Source: the human T2T-CHM13v2.0 reference genome, Homo sapiens. From it: 64,000 bases of DNA. The position numbers were made by a program, and so were the translations under genes. Positions 15,003-29,260 of the stretch are shown in pieces; positions within the stretch are counted from its first letter, which is position 1; each line of letters begins with the position of its first letter. The notes below the pieces were generated by a model. The model was not told the origin of the DNA. It did not search any database and saw nothing but the letters and a program-made list of their open reading frames with translations. The stretch is taken from NCBI RefSeq assembly GCF_009914755.1, contig NC_060934.1; one strand, 5' to 3'.

Positions 15003-15543
15003 TGTTACAGAAATGAGGTCCGGATCCAGACCCCAAGAGAGGGTCCTTGGATCTCACGCAAGAAAGAATTGAAGGCGAGTCTGTAAAGGGACAGCAAGTT
15101 TATTAAGAAAGTAGAGGAATAAAAGAATGGCTACTCCATAGACAGCAGCCCCAAGGGCTATTGGTTGCCCGTTTTTATGGTTATTCTTGATAATATGCTA
15201 AATAAAGGGTGAATTTTTCGTGCTTCCCCTTTTTAGACCATATAGGCTAACTTCCTGACATTGCCATGGCATCTGTCACTGTTATGGCGCTGATGTGAGT
15301 GTAACAGTGAGGATGACCAGAGGTTACTCTCATTGCCATCTTGGTTTTGGTGGGTTTTAGCCAGCTTCTTTACTGCAAACTGTTTTATCAGCAAGGTCTT
15401 TATGACGTGTACTTTGTGCTGACCTCCTATCTCATCCTGTGACTTACAATGCCATAAATGTCTGGGAATGCAGCCCAGTCTCAGCCTCACTTTACCCAGC
15501 TCCTATTCAAGATGGAGTTGCTCTGGTTCAAACGCCTCTGACA
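15003..15543 (-). mobile_element. MER41A-like ERV1 solo LTR
   Basis: Reverse complement starts tgtcagaggcgtttgaaccagagcaactccatcttgaatagg; ~540 bp; the MER41B tandem-GAS segment is absent. Confidence 0.88.
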
Positions 15544-16553
15544 TGAGTGAGACATTTATTTAAACTTTGTGTGTGTGTCACAGGTTGTGATGTAAAATAT
15601 ATATTTTTTACTCTGAGTCCGACTTACTTGAAGGCCCAGATGGGAAACAGAAAGACAACTTATGCTATTGAGGGTAATACAACTAAAGGAAGAATATGGA
15701 AGTTGCAAAAGACATATTGCAGTTCAGTGAAAGAACAATTTCTTTCCAGTAATAAAACATCCGGTCTCTTGAGAAAGTGAGTTTCTATTTAAAAAGTAAC
15801 TGGATGGCCTCCTACGTGAGCCATGGGAGCAGCGATTCCAGACATTACTAAGAAATGGCTCTGGATGACTTTCGGGCACTTCTTTGGATGCCTTCAATCG
15901 TTGGCGATTAATTTTCTACAACGATCACAAACCCCCAAGCTGCTAGTTTGTGCTATTGAGCTCTAAGTTTTTAAGCTATTAAGCATTTTTTTTAATTTAT
16001 AACTTGCACTTTTTCTCTACTTTCATATAATGTCCTTATGTTAAAATGGCACTTTCAGGATTTGAGACAGAAATTTCAAAATGGTAAAAAGCAATTGCTT
16101 TGGTTGAAGGGCAGTGTAGCTTTTGTTCCATTTTATATTCCTTTCTTTTATTGCTCCAAAAAATAAAAAATGAACCCTGTATTATAAAATGGGCAAGAAC
16201 AAATAAAATAACACCCGTTGCAGGGAGAGCACTTTGAAACCAGCAGTTATAACAATAGCTTTACTTTCCTTGGAAGGGTATTTAAAAATGAGAGACTCTG
16301 TAAAAGTTTTCGGGATCAGGACGCTTGCATTTTCCAATTAGGCCAGCCTATAAATTCAGGACAAATGTGAGACAAAGATGCCATCCAATAAAATAATATG
16401 GGTATGTATGTGGGTTTTGATTCCTAATCTCAACCTTCAACATGTTGGATTTAGAGATTTTGGCTACAGTCCTAGACCTGGTATCTGGTTATGAAACTTT
16501 AAGCATTTCAGATAAAGAAAACTTCCTATAAATAGGATAAAACTTCACCCTGA

Positions 16554-16965
<412 letters not shown>

Positions 16966-17247
16966 CTAAAGAGAATACAGACTTGGAACACCAACCTTCT
17001 GTTCTATCTTCTGTTCTATTCCCTCACCTCAATCCTATTGTATTTAAGTTCATGGTCCCTAATTGCCAAGAGGAATCCAATAATTCATAATCTACGGAGA
17101 ACCATATACTACCACACTGACCATCAGGGTTCCCCATGGGTTAAAATGGAGCAGATAGAAACAAATGAGTGAGTGAGGCAAACCAGTTACTCACTCTAAC
17201 ATGATAAGTAATGGAAGACATTTATATGGTCACAAGCTTTCCAAGGC

Positions 17248-17614
17248 TGATATGCTTTGGCTCTGTCCCCACTCAAATCTCCTCTTGAATTGTAGCTCCC
17301 ATAATTCTCATGTTTTGTGGGAGGGATCCAGTGGGATATAATTGAATCATGGGAGCAATTTCCCCCATACTGTTCTCCTGGTAGTGAATAAGTCTCATGA
17401 GATCTGATGCCTTTACAAGGTGTTTTCCTTTTCTCTTGGCTCTCAATTGTCTCTTGTCTGCTGCCATGTAAGACATGACTTTCACCTTCCACCATGATTG
17501 TGAGGCTCCCCCGCCCCAGCCACGTGGAACTGTGAATCCATTAAACCTCTTTTTCTTTATAAATACCCAGTCTTGGGTATGTCTTTATCAGCAGCATGAA
17601 AACGGACGAATACA
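17248..17614 (+). mobile_element. THE1 (MaLR) solo LTR
   Basis: tgatatgctttggctctgtcccc...gaaaacggacgaataca; TSD aaggc/aaagc. Confidence 0.9.
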
Positions 17615-19049
17615 AAAGCCCAAATTCATTCTACATTAAATCAATTCAAAAATTTAAGGCCAGAAAGTAAGCTATGCCAATTAATTCAATTACAGGAACC
17701 ATGAAAAACAGACTTTCTTCTGTATGTTTCATCATGGGCATTAAACACTAAATTACTTCAGAACCATAGATAATTATACATGGTTCTGTATAGAAGCCCA
17801 AATTGCTCACTTTGTCCAGTTTTCCATCAGCAATGAAAAGTCCATTATAGCGTAAAGGAAATCAGGTGGCATGAGTAACATGTATGGAATCTAGAACACT
17901 TCTGGTTTCCTTTTGCTTTCTCAGTAACATAGAAGCCTGTGCTCCCGTCACACAGAAGGACACAGAGCTGGTGCAGGGCACAGTGTTCCAGGAGGGAATT
18001 TAGGAGCCTTAGTAATTAACTGTGGCCTATTTATCCCCTGGGGATATGGAGTTAACCACTTGTCTTTAAAAACAGGTTCAAGAGCTTTCACAGCCTCATA
18101 GACAATGGTTCCTTCCTGTCACAGCAGCTTATTATATTAATGATTTTATGAAACATATCCCCGTCTATGACTTTGGTCCTTGCCAATTGGTAGAAAAGCA
18201 TCGTGTTCATTTAGCAGAATTTTCTTTTCATATCTTCAACATCCTTCTGAGCCGTTAAAATCTCTACTAATAGAGAAGCGTATTATGTCTGAAGTCTATC
18301 TCCCTGCGGTCATTATTCCTTTACAGCACTTGTCATTTGCAGCTTCCTTTCTGTATTCCCTAAACTTTCTGGTATCTTTTCAGAAAAATTCTTTTTAATT
18401 TCTTGAAATCTCACAGTCAGCACTTCAGTTCATGTCTACATTTTACCCTCGTTGCTCTCTAACAAATGAATCTTTTCAGGTTGACCTCTCCCTAATCTCT
18501 GAAGCTTTGACGGGATTTTCAGAAGTTCAGACTGAAGCAATAAAGGCCGTCCCACTTTTCTTCACTTTGCTGTGCAGATGGAGAAAGTCTACTATGTTTG
18601 ATTATGCCGCCTCTTAGAATACTCGTAAGTTTCTACTGTGCTTATGAATTTTAACTCTTCTTTCTAGTGCACCAAGCTGACTCTGCTTCTAAATCCACTT
18701 CCAAAAGAACTTCTACTAAGTATAACATCCTCACTTGCTGCCATGTATAAAGACATGTTTATGGAGCGCCTTATGGGCTCTTGTTCTTTTTTTGTTTCTC
18801 AAAGTCCTAACCAGGATTTTCTGATTTTGTGTCTCGAATCTACAAGTTGACACGAGATGACGAATTGCCATTCTATAAATGACATCATGAGCCCTAAGTT
18901 GTGACTTTTCACCCCAGGATATTCTGTGCCAGTAGGATGGAAACAGAATTAAAAGACAAATCCCAGTCCAGCCATGGACCTGCTGCTGGAAAGACCAGCC
19001 ACACTCAGAGGCCCTACGTCTCCCAGGACTGACTCATTTCAGGGTTTTA

Positions 19050-19262
19050 CAGGCAGTACATGTAGAAAGTAAAGTGCAGACTCTCATAGGTTTGCATTCT
19101 GGCTTCACCTCTTACTACCTGTGTGACTTTAGGCAAATTATTAACTCTTCAATCTTCAAATACCGCCTAGGGCTGTGGTGCAGACAAAAAAAAAAAAAAA
19201 AGACATTATGCATATAAAGTTCTCAGACCTGTCAGGTGGAAGTGTTAGCTATTATCTTTATC
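19050..19262 (+). mobile_element. MIR with internal A-run
   Basis: cttactacctgtgtgactttaggcaaattattaactct core. Confidence 0.7.
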
Positions 19263-19911
19263 AATAGGACCTTAGTAACACCTTAATGGCTTCTCATTGA
19301 TGTATTTAGGGACCCTGGTGTTTTAGAACACTTTTGGGGTTAAAGTACCTTCCTTTGCGGTTAGAGTAACTTCCTTGAGTTCTCCTATAGCCCCATCTTT
19401 ATAGAACCATTGCTTTTCTGATACTTACTGTGAAGTGGACCATTTGGAAGAATGAAAAACATTTCAAGATTAAACTATGAAAAATAACCCTTGTTACCCA
19501 CAGTAAGTTTCTCCAGAATGGAGATTTTGTTTTGCTTTTCTTTTCCATAAAGCTGATCCATAGTGACTGGGGGCAGTGCTACGAAAAATCAGGAGAAAAG
19601 ATAGCCTGGTCTCTGACTCCTGTAGATTATAAGAGGATTCAGGAAACTAGACTAGAGCACAGAAGTGTATGTCAGTAGCATAAGATGAAATATAATCGTC
19701 AGCAGGGTGAGCTAGAAATTAGAAGGGCCTAGTTTGGGGCTAAGAACACAACTGATTCTCTGCCAGTGCTCATTAACTAATACCACTAATAACTTACAAC
19801 AAATAACATCAGAAATTCTATGACAGGCATTCCAAGATGATAATTTTCAGAATGTAAACATGTATTTACCTTGCCACCAATACCAATAGAGTCTGTAAAA
19901 ACTGGCTTCTT

Positions 19912-20208
19912 GGCCAGGCACGGTGGCTCACACCTGTAATCCCAGCACTTTGGGAGGCCAAGGCGGGAAAATCACTAGAGGTCAGGAGTTCAACACCAGC
20001 CTGGCCAACATGGTGAAACTCTTTCTCTACTAAAAATATAAAAAGTAGCTGGGTATGGTGGTGCAGGCCTATAATTCCAGCTACTCAGGAGGCTGAGGCA
20101 CGAGAATCGCTTGAGCCTGGGAGGCAGAGGGTGCAGTGGGCCAAGATCAAGCCACTGCACTCCAGCCTGGGCAACAGAGCAAGACTCCACTAAAAAAAAA
20201 AAAAAAAA
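19912..20208 (+). mobile_element. AluS
   Basis: Full dimer; TSD aaaa(c/g)tggctt. Confidence 0.93.
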
Positions 20209-21329
20209 GTGGCTTATTTTTATTTTATTTTTATTTTAATTCACAAATAAAACAAAATAAAGAAAGTGAAAAAATTAGCCATAAAAGACTTGTACCTATA
20301 CAGGGTAGGAGCAAAATGAATGGAGTGAGGACTATTGTGCGACTCTTGGCCCTAGTAATTGCAGAAATTCATACATATTTGAGATCCTGTGATACTCTCT
20401 GTGCCCATGGAACAATCTTATCAGCAAGGTTCCTGCTGAGCCTTTCTTCAGTGTTCACCTCAACAAAGGCAACTTCTTCCCCTAGATTCTTGTCATTGTT
20501 CCTGTCAACTGCTGCTGAGAGACCAACTGCCCAAATATAACCTGCAGCAGTATCTACCTGGGGCAGAAGATTCGCTAGAAGGCTAAGAGAACAAAATTTT
20601 TTCTTCTCAGATAGGCACCTCGCCTTTGATACTTTATCCTCATGTCTATAAAATCCTATGGCTTGAAAAAAAAAAAAACCCTCTTAAGAAACTTCATATG
20701 AAATGAAGCCAAGAAAATATTGCCATTTACAAACCTGAAGCAATATTCAGTTATTAGGACAAAGGCACAGAAAATCTGTGTTGGGTAGAAATTTCATTAT
20801 CCCACCGGATATTAAAATCCTGATATCAACATTGTCAATGTTGTGATAACAAATACAGCCCTAAAAGTAATTGCTTCTTGGAATGTACCTTTAAAGATCA
20901 TTTATAATTTAGTAATATCTCCACTACCACGGCTGCTAATATTGATTAGCAGTCAACTACATTAATCAACTGCATACAATGAAAGACTCAAAGAGAAACA
21001 CAGAAATGAGAAGTCCAGAAGCATCGTTGGCAGGACAGTTTCTGCCAAGGAAAAAATCACTTTGCTTTTCTTTGATTTCTGATCTCTTTGTAATAATAAT
21101 AACAATCAAAAGGAAAGTGCAAATTCAGTGAAGAAGAAAAACAGAGAAAATACACTAGAAACTTACTAAATCCTTACCCTGACTTCCACATGATAAGTTT
21201 AAAACCAAATAAAATCAAAGAGATTTTTCTGGCACGTTTAGTAAGAAGCCTTATAATGAGATGCAAACTGGTGAAACTTTCTTAGAACATTCCAGTATGC
21301 ATTTCCCATGCTACAAGAGGTGAACGCCA

Positions 21330-22053
21330 TGTTAAAAGAAAAACTTTGGACAAATTAAATTTAACAGCGTTTAATGGAGCAAAGAACAACTTGCAAATTG
21401 GTCACCCCCCGAACTAGAACAGGTTCAGAGCAACTTTATCAGAGAAGATTTAAGGATGGAAAAAGGAAAATGACACACAGAAAATGGAAGTGAGGTACAG
21501 AAACAGCTAGATTTGTTACATATCAGCATTTGCTTTATTTAGGCACAGTTTAAGCACCAGGCAAGGTGGTTCATGCCTGTAATCCCAGCACTTTGGGAGG
21601 GCCAAGGTGGGCGGATCACCTGAGGTCAGAAGTTTGAGACCAGCTTGACCAACATGGCGAAACACCATCTCTACTAAAAATACAAAAAAAATTAGCTAAG
21701 CAGGATGGTGCACGCCTGTAATCTCAGCTACTCAGGAGGCTGAGGCAAGACAATTGCTTGAACTCAAGAGGCGGAGGTTGCAGTGAGCCGAGATCACTCC
21801 ACTGCACTCCAGTCTGGGGGACAGAGTGAGACTCCGTCTCAAAAAATAAATAAAATAAAAATTTTAAAAAATAAAAATAAAAACAAGCACAGTTTGAACA
21901 GTTGGCTCTCTGTGATTGGCTGAAATTCAGTGACTGGGACAAGAGTGGTTCCAATTTGTTTACACATCCAGTTAAGTTATAGTTCAGTATGTACAGAGAA
22001 AACTTTAGACAGAACTTAAGATTTGTAGAGACAGACTTAGACTGAACTTAACA
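21330..22053 (-). mobile_element. MER57-like ERV1 solo LTR interrupted by an Alu
   Basis: tgttaaaagaaaaac...gaacttaaca ends; TSD gcca/gtca; homologous to 52736-53450. Confidence 0.8.
21555..21884 (+). mobile_element. AluS nested in MER57-like LTR
   Basis: Full dimer; flanking gcacagttt repeat. Confidence 0.92.
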
Positions 22054-22642
22054 GTCAGTATCGTTGAAACATGCAGACCAATATTTACAATGGTATGTAA
22101 CACCCACCCCTCCAACTCCTGCAGGCTTAGGATAAGGACCAACCCTGGGAGAGTTATTTGCTTGAGTGTTGCTGTAAAACCAATATTCAATAGCAACGCT
22201 AAAGCAAGTGACTGACGAGAAAGACCTGAAACCGCTCTGTGCTACATGTGCAAAACAGCCAGGAATGTCCCCTGGAACGTCTGTTTCTAGAATAACTTCT
22301 ACCATGCCTTGCTGTGGACACACTGGCTGCCAGAGAATACTTTAGCAAATGCCAGGATACAGACATGTGGAAAATTTGGAGGATTATATTGTTAATTCTC
22401 CCAATCAGCAATAGCCCCACCTCTGGTCCCATGTTGCAGTTCCAGACAGAGAATGAATGCTTGTAAGTCTCCAAATCAATGACAGTTGTCTCACCCACCA
22501 GAACTCAAGGATGGTTCATGTTTGAGCACCACCGTGTAAGTTTTCTTGTCACCAGCCCATGTTTTATGTACCTGTTTGGAAACAATTCTTTGGATTACTA
22601 GATAATCATTTGTGTCCACCTGGGTCACTGGGCTATGGAAAC

Positions 22643-23623
22643 TGTCACCAAAAAGAGTCAAACTCTGTAAAATATATGAAAAGATTTATTCTGAGCCAAA
22701 CATGAGTGACCAATGGCCCGTGATACGGCCCTCAGGAAATCTTGAGAACATGTGCCCAAGGTGGGGTCACGCCACAGCTTTGTTTTATGTATTTTAGGGA
22801 GGCAGACATCAATCAATACATATAAGATGTACATTGGTTCAGTCCCGAAAGTAGGACAACAGAAAGTAGGGAGAGGTGCTCCCAGGTCATAGGCAATTCA
22901 AATATTTTCTGATTGGCTATTGGTTGAAAGAGTTAAGTTACGGTCTAAAGACCTAGAATCAATAGAAGGGAAAGCCTGGGTTAAGATAAGGGGTTGTGGG
23001 CCGGGCATGGTGGCTCACATCTGTAATCCCAGCATTTTGGGAAGCCAAGGCAAGCAGTTCACTTGAGGCCAGGAGTTCGAGATCAGCCTTGGCAATATGA
23101 CAAAACCCTGTCTCTACTAAAAATTAAAAAAAAAAAAAAAAATAGCCAGGCCTGGTGGCAGGTGCCTGTAGTCTCAGCTACTCAGGTGACTGAGAATGCA
23201 GTGAGCTAAGATCATGCCAGTGCCTGGGTGACAGATAAGGGGCTGTGGAGACCAGAGTTCCTATTATGCAGGTAGAATCAATAGAAGGGACTGTCTGGGT
23301 TAAGATAGGGTGTTGTGGAGACCAAGGTTCCCATTATGTATAGGAAACCTCCAGGCAGCAGGCTTCAGAGAGAACAGATTGTAAATGTTTCTTATCAGAC
23401 TTAGAGTGTGTTCTATCAGTCTTGAGGTCTCTAAGATGTTAATGCTGGTCATCTGTGCCTGAATTCCAAAAGAGAGGAGGGAATAATGCAGCATAGCTGA
23501 TCCTCCCCCCAACCCCCCACATCATGGCCTGAACTAGTTTTTCAGGTTAACTTTGGAATTCCCTTGGCTGAGAGCCGGGTCTGTCAGTCAACTGGGGGCT
23601 TAGAATTTTATTTTTGGTTTATA
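22643..23623 (-). mobile_element. MER4-family ERV1 solo LTR interrupted by an Alu
   Basis: tgtcaccaaaaagagtcaaactctgtaaaata...ggcttagaattttatttttggtttata; TSD aaac/aaac. Confidence 0.82.
22999..23235 (+). mobile_element. Alu lacking 3' end and poly(A), with right-arm deletions
   Basis: ggccgggcatggtggctcac...gcctgggtgacaga then TSD agataagggg(t/c)tgtgg. Confidence 0.9.
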
Positions 23624-24261
23624 AAACACTACTTTACAAAAGCAATTAGGGGACATTTTCCATTCAAAAAATGAATGATGGAGTAAGAGGTATTTGGGAA
23701 GAACTGTTGAAATACTGTAAGAACGCATATAATTAACCTTCAGTTTAAGGACGTGTGTGTGCACGTGCCTGGCCTCTGCCTGTGCAAGCATCGGAGAGCA
23801 GAATATTTGTCCTTTTCTTCTCTTGCTCGTTCTTAATATTAACTCACAGGGATCCCTCTGGTATCTTCCGAACTCTAGATCCCAGTGAATCTTTTGGAAG
23901 TTTCTAATTCTTCAGTCTCATTCTCTCTCAAGACCTTATGCTCAGCAATTTGAAGAGGCTGTCTCTCTTTTCTCTTTGTTTTGAAAGTGAAATTAATAAT
24001 TTCTGTGAAAAGTGTTAAAAGGGAGACTCTTCTTAGAAACAATAGGTAACTTATTGGCATTCTTTTCCTTTTCTTAAATAACACTTTCTCACCTCACTCT
24101 TCCCAACCCACCCCCACAACTATGGTGCTAGGGAAAGAGGAGCAACCATAAAATAAAAAGGTAAAGACACTAGCAGGGTGTTAAATGACAAGACATTGTG
24201 TGATCATCAACAGAGTATTGGCAAAGGTCCCAGGGCTAAGAATACAAACAGCTAAGAAAGG

Positions 24262-24893
<632 letters not shown>

Positions 24894-25309
24894 TCAAACA
24901 GACAGAGGAATGTAAGCCCTCATCTCCCACCTCAATTTCAGGCAAGGAAGGATTCCAGAGAACCACTCATAGAATGTGGGGATGCTTTTCAGGAGGGAAA
25001 CATCTCCTGGTTCAATGCTTGCCAACCTGCACAAATATATGGGACCCTCCCTATGGAAGGGGCCCAGAAGAGTGTGGAGACAGTTATTTTGGGATATGTG
25101 TCCCCTTGCATTTAGGTGACTCAGAGACTGGGCCTGATACTCTCTTGGAGAAAGTATAAAGATAAGAAACTTGCTAGAATTGTCCTGATAGCATGGTAAG
25201 TAAAGAGGCTTGAGAGGCACACCTAGGCAGAGTGACGACATTAGTCAGAGTACATCAGCAGATCTCCAGTCAGATGTTTCCAGTGGGAGAATCTCTGAAG
25301 AACTCTTTA

Positions 25310-25650
25310 TTAGTTATTAGTCATATATTGCTGTGCAAAAATAGTACCACCAACTTTTTAAACAACACATATTTTTTAAGCTCAAAGTTTCTGTGGGTCA
25401 AGGGTCCAGGCATGGCTTAGCTGGCTTCCCTGAAAGGTTGCAACTGAGGCTTGGATTGTGGTCTCATTTGAAGCTCAAGTGAGGAAGGGTACATTTCCAA
25501 TCTCATGTTGTTGTGTGAAGCATTCACTTCCTTGTGAGTATCATACTGAGGTTCTTGGTGTCTTACTGGTTGTTAGCTGGAGGCTGCTCTGTTTGCCACA
25601 TGGCCCTCTCCAGAGGAAACTCACAACATAGCAAACTAGTTTCAAAGCCA
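25310..25650 (-). mobile_element. MLT1 (MaLR) LTR fragment
   Basis: tttctgtgggtcaagggtccaggcatggcttagctgg...ccacatggccctctcca. Confidence 0.7.
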
Positions 25651-26057
25651 GCATGGGAGATAGAAACCTCTTTTAAGGAGGGGGTGGGAAACAAAGCTTG
25701 CGATGAGATGAACAACCAGCCCTAGGATGTTTACCATCAACAAAGGCATTTGAAACCCAAAGGAGAGCTGCAGACAACAGCAGCCATCTGAGACTACAGC
25801 ACTCTTTCTCTCACCCATCTTTCTTCCCTTTCACCCAATCCTGGAGGAGCCAGAACCAGCAGAATGAAGGACAGGGAGGGTAAGACCCAGGAGTAATGCT
25901 GAAATGCTAACCACAGTGCCTTCCCTACTGCAGGCTTCTAATCCTACATCTGACAAGGATTTGAAGAGCAGGAAGAGGAAAAATGTTAAGATAAATAAAA
26001 GATTTTTTTTTCTATTACAGTTGGCAGCACTTTTTAAAATTTAGAAATAAAACTCTA

Positions 26058-26101
26058 CACACTGCACTCCAGCCCAGGTGACAGTCCAAGACTCCATTTC
26101 A

Positions 26102-26140
<39 letters not shown>
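26058..26140 (+). mobile_element. Severely 5'-truncated Alu with (AAT)n tail
   Basis: cactgcactccagcccaggtgacag then (aat)n; flanking actcta repeat. Confidence 0.85.
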
Positions 26141-26143
<3 letters not shown>

Positions 26144-26338
26144 CTATATAAATGCATGGAAAGTTACTCAAAAAGCTGTGAGATCACTGAAGATATCATC
26201 CTGGGAATATCATTAAGAAAATATTTTATAGCTCTAATTCTACTGAGTTCAGTTTGGTCACGAAACTATTTTTCATGAGCTAATTCAGGAGGCCACAAGA
26301 ATTAATAAGAAATGGAGATATGCACAGGACTCATTTTA

Positions 26339-26476
26339 AAAAGAAGGAAAAGAAGAAGAGAAGAGGTAGAAGTAGAAGAAGGAAAAAGAGAAAGAGACTG
26401 AGGAGGAGAGAAGAAAGAGAAGAAGGAAGGAGGAGAGAAGCAGTGAGAGAAGGGAAGGGAAGGGAAGGAAAGGGAA
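26339..26476. repeat. Purine-rich GA low-complexity tract
   Basis: aagaaggaaaagaagaagag...gggaagggaagggaagg. Confidence 0.9.
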
Positions 26477-28302
26477 TTACTCAGAGGAGACTTGTTTTCA
26501 TGTGACATTTACTTCAGACATCAGAGGGGCAGGCACAGGTGAAAGACGAGTGACAAATAAGCTGTTTCCTGATTTGTATCTAAACAAGCCTAGTTTGTTC
26601 ATCAAACAGATTACAACTACATCCAAAGGGTTGATATTTCAGTAGAAAGTAAAATTAATTACTCCTAAATTATTGAAGTATTCCCTGCTTTCTTTTGGAT
26701 TACATTTGTTCCTAATTTTAAATGCCATTCAAAAAGCCAATCAGGTAATATCTCTTAGCAGCAGTTTGTCTGAAAGATACACTGTCATTCTTTTTCAGTT
26801 TACATAAGCAAATAGAGTTCAAATTTTATTTGCATGATTTAGTCTTATTAGCCAAAGGGAAAATAACCAAAGAGTAGGAGAAATCTTCAATTCTTTTCAG
26901 TCTATGTCACCCATAGGCATAGTTCTCATTTCTGATTTTTTTAAATCCCTATGTTATTTCTTCTTGTAACCCCCATTTTTCTAAATATTATGCTTTATTT
27001 TTGCATCTTAATTTTAAATGTTGGACATTATGAACTACTATTGTGATAAAAAATTCTCTTTCTTACACTACTGACACACCATCATGCCTCACCCATTCTT
27101 TCATTACACTTATATTGCTATTTTCAGTTAAGTAACTGGTATTTATGTTATTAATTTATAAAAGTGTATATGTAATATTTTTCTGCAAAGTTAAGTATAA
27201 ATCTATGATTACATATTCTTTCTTGTATAGCTTTTTATTTTTCCTGGAGTTTTTAATTGCTTTTCTTTTGTAAAAAATCTAAGTCTAATTAGTACTCGTA
27301 TATTTTTCCCAAATAATCTGTTATATCAGGTACTCTCATAAATAACACACTTCTTTCCCAGTGTCTCCTTTTTTCTAGGGAAACTCTCTTCTGGAGTTGT
27401 CCATTCTCCTGCTTCAAAATAGACTGGTTGCTTCCTAAGCTTGCTGCACCCTGTCATTTTGGGTCTTCTCCTTGCTGGTCCCCTGGGTTGGATATGCTAT
27501 TTTCATAAATCAATGTCTTTCTCTATTTTGTTTACTTTCTTGTTTTCCTGAGTCATATCTTTAGCTTCCTTTAAAAAGATGCATGGCAAGAAGACATTTC
27601 TAACTTTATACTTCACCATCTTCAGATGAAACTCAATTTTATGGAACAGGTTAACAAAGACTTTTAAGTATGTTTAAAGCACTCAAAGAGATACGTAAAG
27701 TTCCTTGTGATGACTGACCTATTAAACAAACCTTGGGAACACCTTGCCTGTGGATTTTTTTTATGTGATAATAAAAGTTATCACTGATTGAGCCAGGTTT
27801 TTGTTACTTATAACCAAAAAGCTTCCTGACTTCTACATAATAGCTCAGAAAGTATCAAGATGATCCAAAGCTAGAGAAGAATCAATCTGCAGTCCAGTAG
27901 TTGTAAGTTTTGTTCTGAGTAACAATAAATGCGAAATTGTTCAATGTGCAATTGAATCATTTTAAGTTTTATTTCATGTAAAGAAAAAGAAGAGATAGAC
28001 TTAGACTTTGGTAAGAAGATTTATGGTTAAATATGTATGTTAAAACGGCCACTAAAATAACAGGAATATATTCTATCAAAATCATTTGATAGAAACAAAA
28101 AAGGAATGTAGAAAAATTAAAGATCCAACAACAGTCAAAACATGCAGAAAACAAAGAAAATAAAAAGGGTATTGTATATACACAATAAGGTAATAGAAAA
28201 AGTCCAAATATTGCAGAGTAAAACTATTAATTTAAAAACTATCAGATAGGTTGTTTTTTTTTTTAAGTATATGCTGCTTATAAAGAAATACAACTAAAAT
28301 AT

Positions 28303-28608
28303 GGCCAGGCACAGTGACTCACACCTGTAATCCCAGCACTTTGGCAGGCCGAAGTGAGCGGATCATTTGAGGTCAGGATTTCGAGACCAACCTGACCAAC
28401 ATGGTGAAACCTCGTCTCTACTAAAAATAAAAAAAAAAATAGCTGGGTGTAATGGCACATGCCTGTAATTTCATCTACTCGGGAGGCTGAGGCAGGAGAA
28501 TCACTTGAACCCAGGAAGCGGAGGTTGCAGCAGTGATTGCTCCACTGCACTCCAGCCTGGGTGACAGAGTGAGGCTTCACCTCAAAAAAAAAAAAAAAAG
28601 AAAAAAAA
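28303..28608 (+). mobile_element. AluS
   Basis: Full dimer; TSD aaatacaactaa. Confidence 0.93.
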
Positions 28609-28915
28609 TACAACTAAGACAAAACTCATAGAATGGTTGAAAATAAATATATAGAAAATAGCTCAGCTCACAAATACATATGAAAAAAAGCTATTGTAGC
28701 AATATTAATGTTAGACAAAGTAGAACTTAAGGCAAAAATATTAAGAATAAAATGATACTACATAATAAAGAAAACCTACCAAAAGAATACATTCATTATA
28801 AACTTCTATACACCTACTAATGCAGTCCCTAAATACACAAAACAAAACCTGACAAGACAGCAAAGAAAAAGTAACAAGTCTATAGCCACAGCGGGATATT
28901 TTAACATTAACTCCC

Positions 28916-29260
28916 TGTCTTAGTTCTGGCTGCTGTAACAGATTACCATAGACGAGGTGGCTTAAACATAAACATTCATATTTTTACAGTTCTGGAGTCT
29001 AGGAAGTTCAAGATCAAGGTCCCTAAAGATCCAGTGCCTACTTCCTGGTTTTCAGGTGTCCATCTTGTTGTATCCTCACATTTATCTCACAGCAGAGATA
29101 ATTTATCTTGTGTCTCCTGTAAGAGCACTAATCCCATTCATGAGTTTCACCCTCATGACCTCATTATCTCCCAAAGGTCCCACCTCTTAATACTGTCAAA
29201 TTGTGAGTTAGGATTTCAACATTTGAATTTTGAGGGGACATAAGCATTCAGTCCATAACA
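28916..29260 (-). mobile_element. MLT1A-like solo LTR
   Basis: tgtcttagttctggctgctgtaaca...gcattcagtccataaca. Confidence 0.82.

Noticed and set aside
17759-17788. Near-perfect 30-bp palindrome cagaaccat...atggttctg
   Set aside because: Too short for a pre-miRNA or MITE; no TSD; chance or local strand-switch origin suffices
19186-19201. Isolated A-run as an orphan retrocopy tail
   Set aside because: Lies inside a MIR; no convincing TSD or upstream mRNA-like body; slippage is simpler
20827-20843. Palindrome caacattg-t-caatgttg
   Set aside because: Short, and the spacing fits neither C/EBP nor SOX-dimer sites
26302-26508. Arg/Lys/Glu-rich and Ser/Phe/Pro-rich ORFs
   Set aside because: Artefact of the GA-rich low-complexity tract
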